NCBI RefSeq assembly: GCF_003231495.1
Contig: NZ_PQWO01000037.1
Coordinates: 1-29,021, forward strand
Length of the DNA stretch: 29,021 nt
DNA from: Acaryochloris thomasi RCC1774
GTDB lineage: Bacteria > Cyanobacteriota > Cyanobacteriia > Thermosynechococcales > Thermosynechococcaceae
Direction of reading: 5' to 3'
Each line of letters opens with the position of its first letter. Within the stretch, counting starts at the first letter, position 1. The notes beneath the pieces were generated by a model that worked only from the letters and a program-made list of their open reading frames with translations, had not been told where the DNA came from and made no database searches. The position numbers and the translations under genes are program-made. Shown here piece by piece: positions 26,648-29,021 of this stretch.

Positions 26648-26860
26648 TTATTCATCGCCTTTCGGATTCCAGTTCTCTGGCATATCCTCTAGTAGTTCCA
26701 ATGATTCAGTTTCGCGTAGCTTTGACTCAATGGCATCTCTTGCAAGCTCACTATCCGATTTTCCAAGCTTTTGTCCTAACCATGCAAAACGCCTGTAGTA
26801 ATAATCAGACAAATAGGTTGTTACTCGTGGCCTCTTTGCTGGCACTGGTTTCATTTGCAT
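26648..26860 (-). CDS. ribbon-helix-helix (CopG/Arc-like) DNA-binding protein
   Basis: The ORF track starts at 26902. I prefer the ATG at 26860 (MQMKPVPAKRPRVTTYLSDYYYRRFAWLGQKLGKSDSELARDAIESKL). This gives a beta-strand (RVTTYL) followed by two helices, the typical RHH layout. Confidence 0.65.
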   Translation of the reverse strand: MQMKPVPAKRPRVTTYLSDYYYRRFAWLGQKLGKSDSELARDAIESKLRETESLELLEDMPENWNPKGDE

Positions 26861-27120
26861 TTGTACAGAAGTTATTCTTGCATCTTGTAACGTACATAGC
26901 ACTCTGAATGGACTTAGGTGACACTCTGGAGTAACACCATGCTACTATAGCGATGTATTTACAAGTCCATTTCATTAATGACCCCTATATGCTTTTTCTG
27001 CGACCAAAAGCTTGCAGCGTTCTGCTTGTCGGCCATTAATTCGCGGTTACCTTGTTTGCCACACAACTGTATAAAGAGGCGATAGACCAACTAAATTAGT
27101 CAAATAACATCCCCACTACC

Positions 27121-27161
27121 GATCAGCCGTGGAAAGCAAGCGGTAGTGGGGTGGCCTCCGT
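27121..27161. promoter_or_regulatory. perfect 11-bp inverted repeat upstream of the sigma-factor gene
   Basis: CCCCACTACCG (27121-27131) and CGGTAGTGGGG (27151-27161) are separated by 19 nt. This could be a leader hairpin or an operator. Function unknown. Confidence 0.35.
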
Positions 27162-27251
27162 CACATGTATTCACACGCATGGAGATCTCTATGTTACCCG
27201 TTTCCATCGCGGCTGCAGTCTGCGGTCGTCCACCCGCGCAGGGCTAGAGCG

Positions 27252-28505
27252 ATGACTTTTGCTGCTATCCCCGCCAATCTAAAGCCTCATCTGCAGCACA
27301 GGCTTTTGTCTGCAGATGAGGAACTGTTACTTGTGATTAAAGCGCAGTCAAGTGATGTTCGTGCGCGGAATCGTTTGCTCCGGCATAACCTTCGTTTTGC
27401 GGTGGAGCAAACGAAAAACCTTTGTGAATGCTACCTTCACCTGGATTTTGACGAGGGGTTCGATGCCGCCATCATTGGCCTGAATAAAGCCATTGATGGG
27501 TTTGACCCCACTCTGGGTTTTCGCCTAAGCACCTACGCGTACACTAAGGTCCTGTACGAGATACAGAAATTGATGGCGAAGGTTGTCACCTACACTAAAC
27601 ACCGTAGTGACAAACCCGTTGAGGAGCTGGAGCTTAGTCATCAGCCACTCCCCCTGGAACAATTAGAGCGTCAGGAGCGATTAACGGAACTCCGGCAAAA
27701 ACGCCGTGATATCTGGGGGGCACTCCGCAACTTCCCCAAACAGATCCGCAAGCTGATTGTCTGGCGTTTGCTCGGTCACTCTTATAAGGATCTTGGTGAG
27801 CGTTTCGGGTTCTCCAGGCAGACTGCTAGCAATTACTATCAGAAGTACTTTCCTTGTTTCCTGCAGGCCCTATTCCCCGCCCAAGTCTGCACCCCACCCC
27901 GCCGATCGCTCCGCCGCTTGCTGACGCGCCGTACTCCGAAGCTGCGCCTAACAACAGCCACTGTCCGCCCCAAACGATCGCATCGTACACCCCAGAACGA
28001 TCTCACCTCCAAAGAGTGCCGGTGGCCGCAAGTCCTGCGGAAGATCTCGCGTTCAGCCAGCGTTGCAATCACACCGCTTCTTTGCAAGCTACAGCACTCT
28101 AAGGTCAACAGCCGATCGTCAAAGCCCCAGGTTGCGATCTTACGCAGGGCACCCCAATTGTTGTTAGCAGCAGCTACACGCCTGTTTTCCACTGTTTTCC
28201 AGTTACGACCCATTGCTCAGTCATCGAACTCCGAGCTGCCGTCAGCTACGGTTGGGCTGCAGGAGGTCCGGGGTTCTCCTGGCTCTAGTCTTGCCGGTAG
28301 ATTTTCTCGTGTTGCTCTATTGATCCTAGAGGCAGTTCCCCCTGATAGCCTCACAATCCAGCTTTCCGATCGCATTGAACTACAACAGTCGCGATCGGTC
28401 GTTACGGGGGATGCGACACCCCCGCACATCTCCCGCTTATTCTTTTTACCCGTACTGATTTTGGAGATTATGCTGTGTTTCCTCGCTTTATTGGCCTGTT
28501 GTTGA
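27252..28505 (+). CDS. sigma-70-family RNA polymerase sigma factor (regions 2 and 4) with an unverified ~200-aa C-terminal extension
   Basis: The ORF track gives 27165..28505; ATG 27252 is an alternative start. Region 2: NLRFAVEQTKN..DFDEGFDAAIIGLNKAIDGFDPTLGFRLSTYAYTKVLYEIQK. Region 4: IRKLIVWRLLGHSYKDLGERFGFSRQTASNYYQKY. Only the first ~230 residues look like a sigma factor. The true 3' end is uncertain (see findings). Confidence 0.65.
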   Translation: MTFAAIPANLKPHLQHRLLSADEELLLVIKAQSSDVRARNRLLRHNLRFAVEQTKNLCECYLHLDFDEGFDAAIIGLNKAIDGFDPTLGFRLSTYAYTKVLYEIQKLMAKVVTYTKHRSDKPVEELELSHQPLPLEQLERQERLTELRQKRRDIWGALRNFPKQIRKLIVWRLLGHSYKDLGERFGFSRQTASNYYQKYFPCFLQALFPAQVCTPPRRSLRRLLTRRTPKLRLTTATVRPKRSHRTPQNDLTSKECRWPQVLRKISRSASVAITPLLCKLQHSKVNSRSSKPQVAILRRAPQLLLAAATRLFSTVFQLRPIAQSSNSELPSATVGLQEVRGSPGSSLAGRFSRVALLILEAVPPDSLTIQLSDRIELQQSRSVVTGDATPPHISRLFFLPVLILEIMLCFLALLACC

Positions 28506-28699
28506 TTTTCCCCGCGACCTTTATCAGCGGTGCTGTGATCGCCGAAACTCAGTCTAATGATGAATTCCTGGCAAACTACCCTCCCGGCAACACGATCACC
28601 CAACGGATGCGAGATTATCGTTCGTTTACCTGTGGAAAGTACTGTGAGAACTATCCACAGGGCATTAGCGAAGTTCGATTTCGCGACTGGCAGCGTTAG
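28475..28699 (+). CDS. small exported protein (74 aa), hypothetical
   Basis: GTG start with GGAG about 8 nt upstream. Signal-peptide-like FPRFIGLLLIFPATFISGAVIA, then a polar region with two Cys. It overlaps the end of the long sigma ORF by 31 nt. Confidence 0.45.
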   Translation: MFPRFIGLLLIFPATFISGAVIAETQSNDEFLANYPPGNTITQRMRDYRSFTCGKYCENYPQGISEVRFRDWQR

Positions 28700-28709
28700 A
28701 GGCTAAAAG

Positions 28710-29021
28710 ATGGTGAATCAATTACTTAGCTCCCTTAAAAAATGCCCTAACTGCGGGTCGGATAAATCCTTGACCCGAGACGATCGGCACTTTTGTTATA
28801 TGTGCGAAACACCCCTCGTCGAGCATGTACCCACGAATAGCTGGAACCAAAAAACCCCTTCATGGCCTTTGGGGCAAGTCCAAGGGATCTGTTCGACCGT
28901 CCTATCAAATGAACGACTCACATTGATTTGGCAGAAGCTGGGCCGCAGAAAGGTGGTCGTCGGCAGTGGTCTCTTCGGAATTCTACTGCTTGGGTCTGGT
29001 TTGATTCTGGGTGCCCGCAAT
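28710..29021 (+). CDS. zinc-ribbon plus single-TM protein (possible anti-sigma-like factor); the 3' end lies beyond the window
   Basis: Absent from the ORF track because there is no stop in the window. Hand translation from ATG 28710 (GAGG about 8 nt upstream) gives MVNQLLSSLKKCPNCGSDKSLTRDDRHFCYMCETPL...RRKVVVGSGLFGILLLGSGLILGARN, open to the window end. It has a CxxC...CxxC zinc ribbon and a TM helix. Confidence 0.55.
   Translation, partial: MVNQLLSSLKKCPNCGSDKSLTRDDRHFCYMCETPLVEHVPTNSWNQKTPSWPLGQVQGICSTVLSNERLTLIWQKLGRRKVVVGSGLFGILLLGSGLILGARN

Noticed and set aside
27839-28603. Minus-strand ORFs 27839..28213 and 28217..28603
   Set aside because: Their Arg/Gly/Ser-rich translations lack motifs. 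They lie in the multi-frame-open region behind the sigma domain and are treated as composition artefacts. The region is flagged in the findings instead.
28796-29020. Minus-strand ORF 28796..29020 (TTG start at the window edge)
   Set aside because: The plus strand carries a better-supported ORF from ATG 28710, with an RBS, a zinc-ribbon CxxC pair and a TM helix. The minus-strand ORF is its shadow.
1-29021. CRISPR arrays, tRNA/rRNA genes, integrases, classical IS elements with terminal inverted repeats
   Set aside because: None were seen on reading both strands. There are no regularly spaced repeat-spacer arrays and no GGTTCGAATCC-type T-arm motifs. The only mobile-element-like genes are the Rpn-family nucleases.

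Overview
The window looks cyanobacterial. HIP1 octamers (GCGATCGC) recur, and the gene families are typical: Rpn/DUF4351 nucleases, a DUF2949-like protein, and TPS/CHAT/NB-ARC/TPR proteins. It reads as a mosaic segment of a plasmid- or chromid-like replicon. From left to right: (1) a partial RNB exoribonuclease paralog (-), a DUF2949-like gene, recA, an intact Rpn-family PD-(D/E)XK nuclease, an Nfu_N+HEAT protein and an orphan Rpn 3' tail; (2) parA, a parB-like gene and a small ORF; (3) an AT-rich TPR gene; (4) a second, decayed copy of the RNB/Rpn pair, with RNB frameshifted and Rpn carrying a nonsense codon plus a 2-nt deletion; (5) another TPR gene, a 570-bp intergenic region holding a promoter+terminator-bounded candidate sRNA, and a putative replication protein with primase-polymerase-like motifs; (6) an AT-rich, HIP1-poor ~10.5 kb island; (7) an RHH gene, a sigma-70-family gene with an anomalous tail, a small exported protein and a zinc-ribbon membrane protein cut by the window end. 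The island encodes a GT2 glycosyltransferase, an exported TPS-domain beta-helix protein translationally coupled to an exported TPR-CHAT protease, and a convergent operon of NB-ARC STAND NTPase, then membrane Ser/Thr kinase-TPR, then a secreted DUF928-like protein. It is the best candidate for an uncharacterised multi-component system. No tRNA, rRNA, CRISPR array, integrase or classical IS was recognised. All family calls rest on motif recognition by eye, not on searches.
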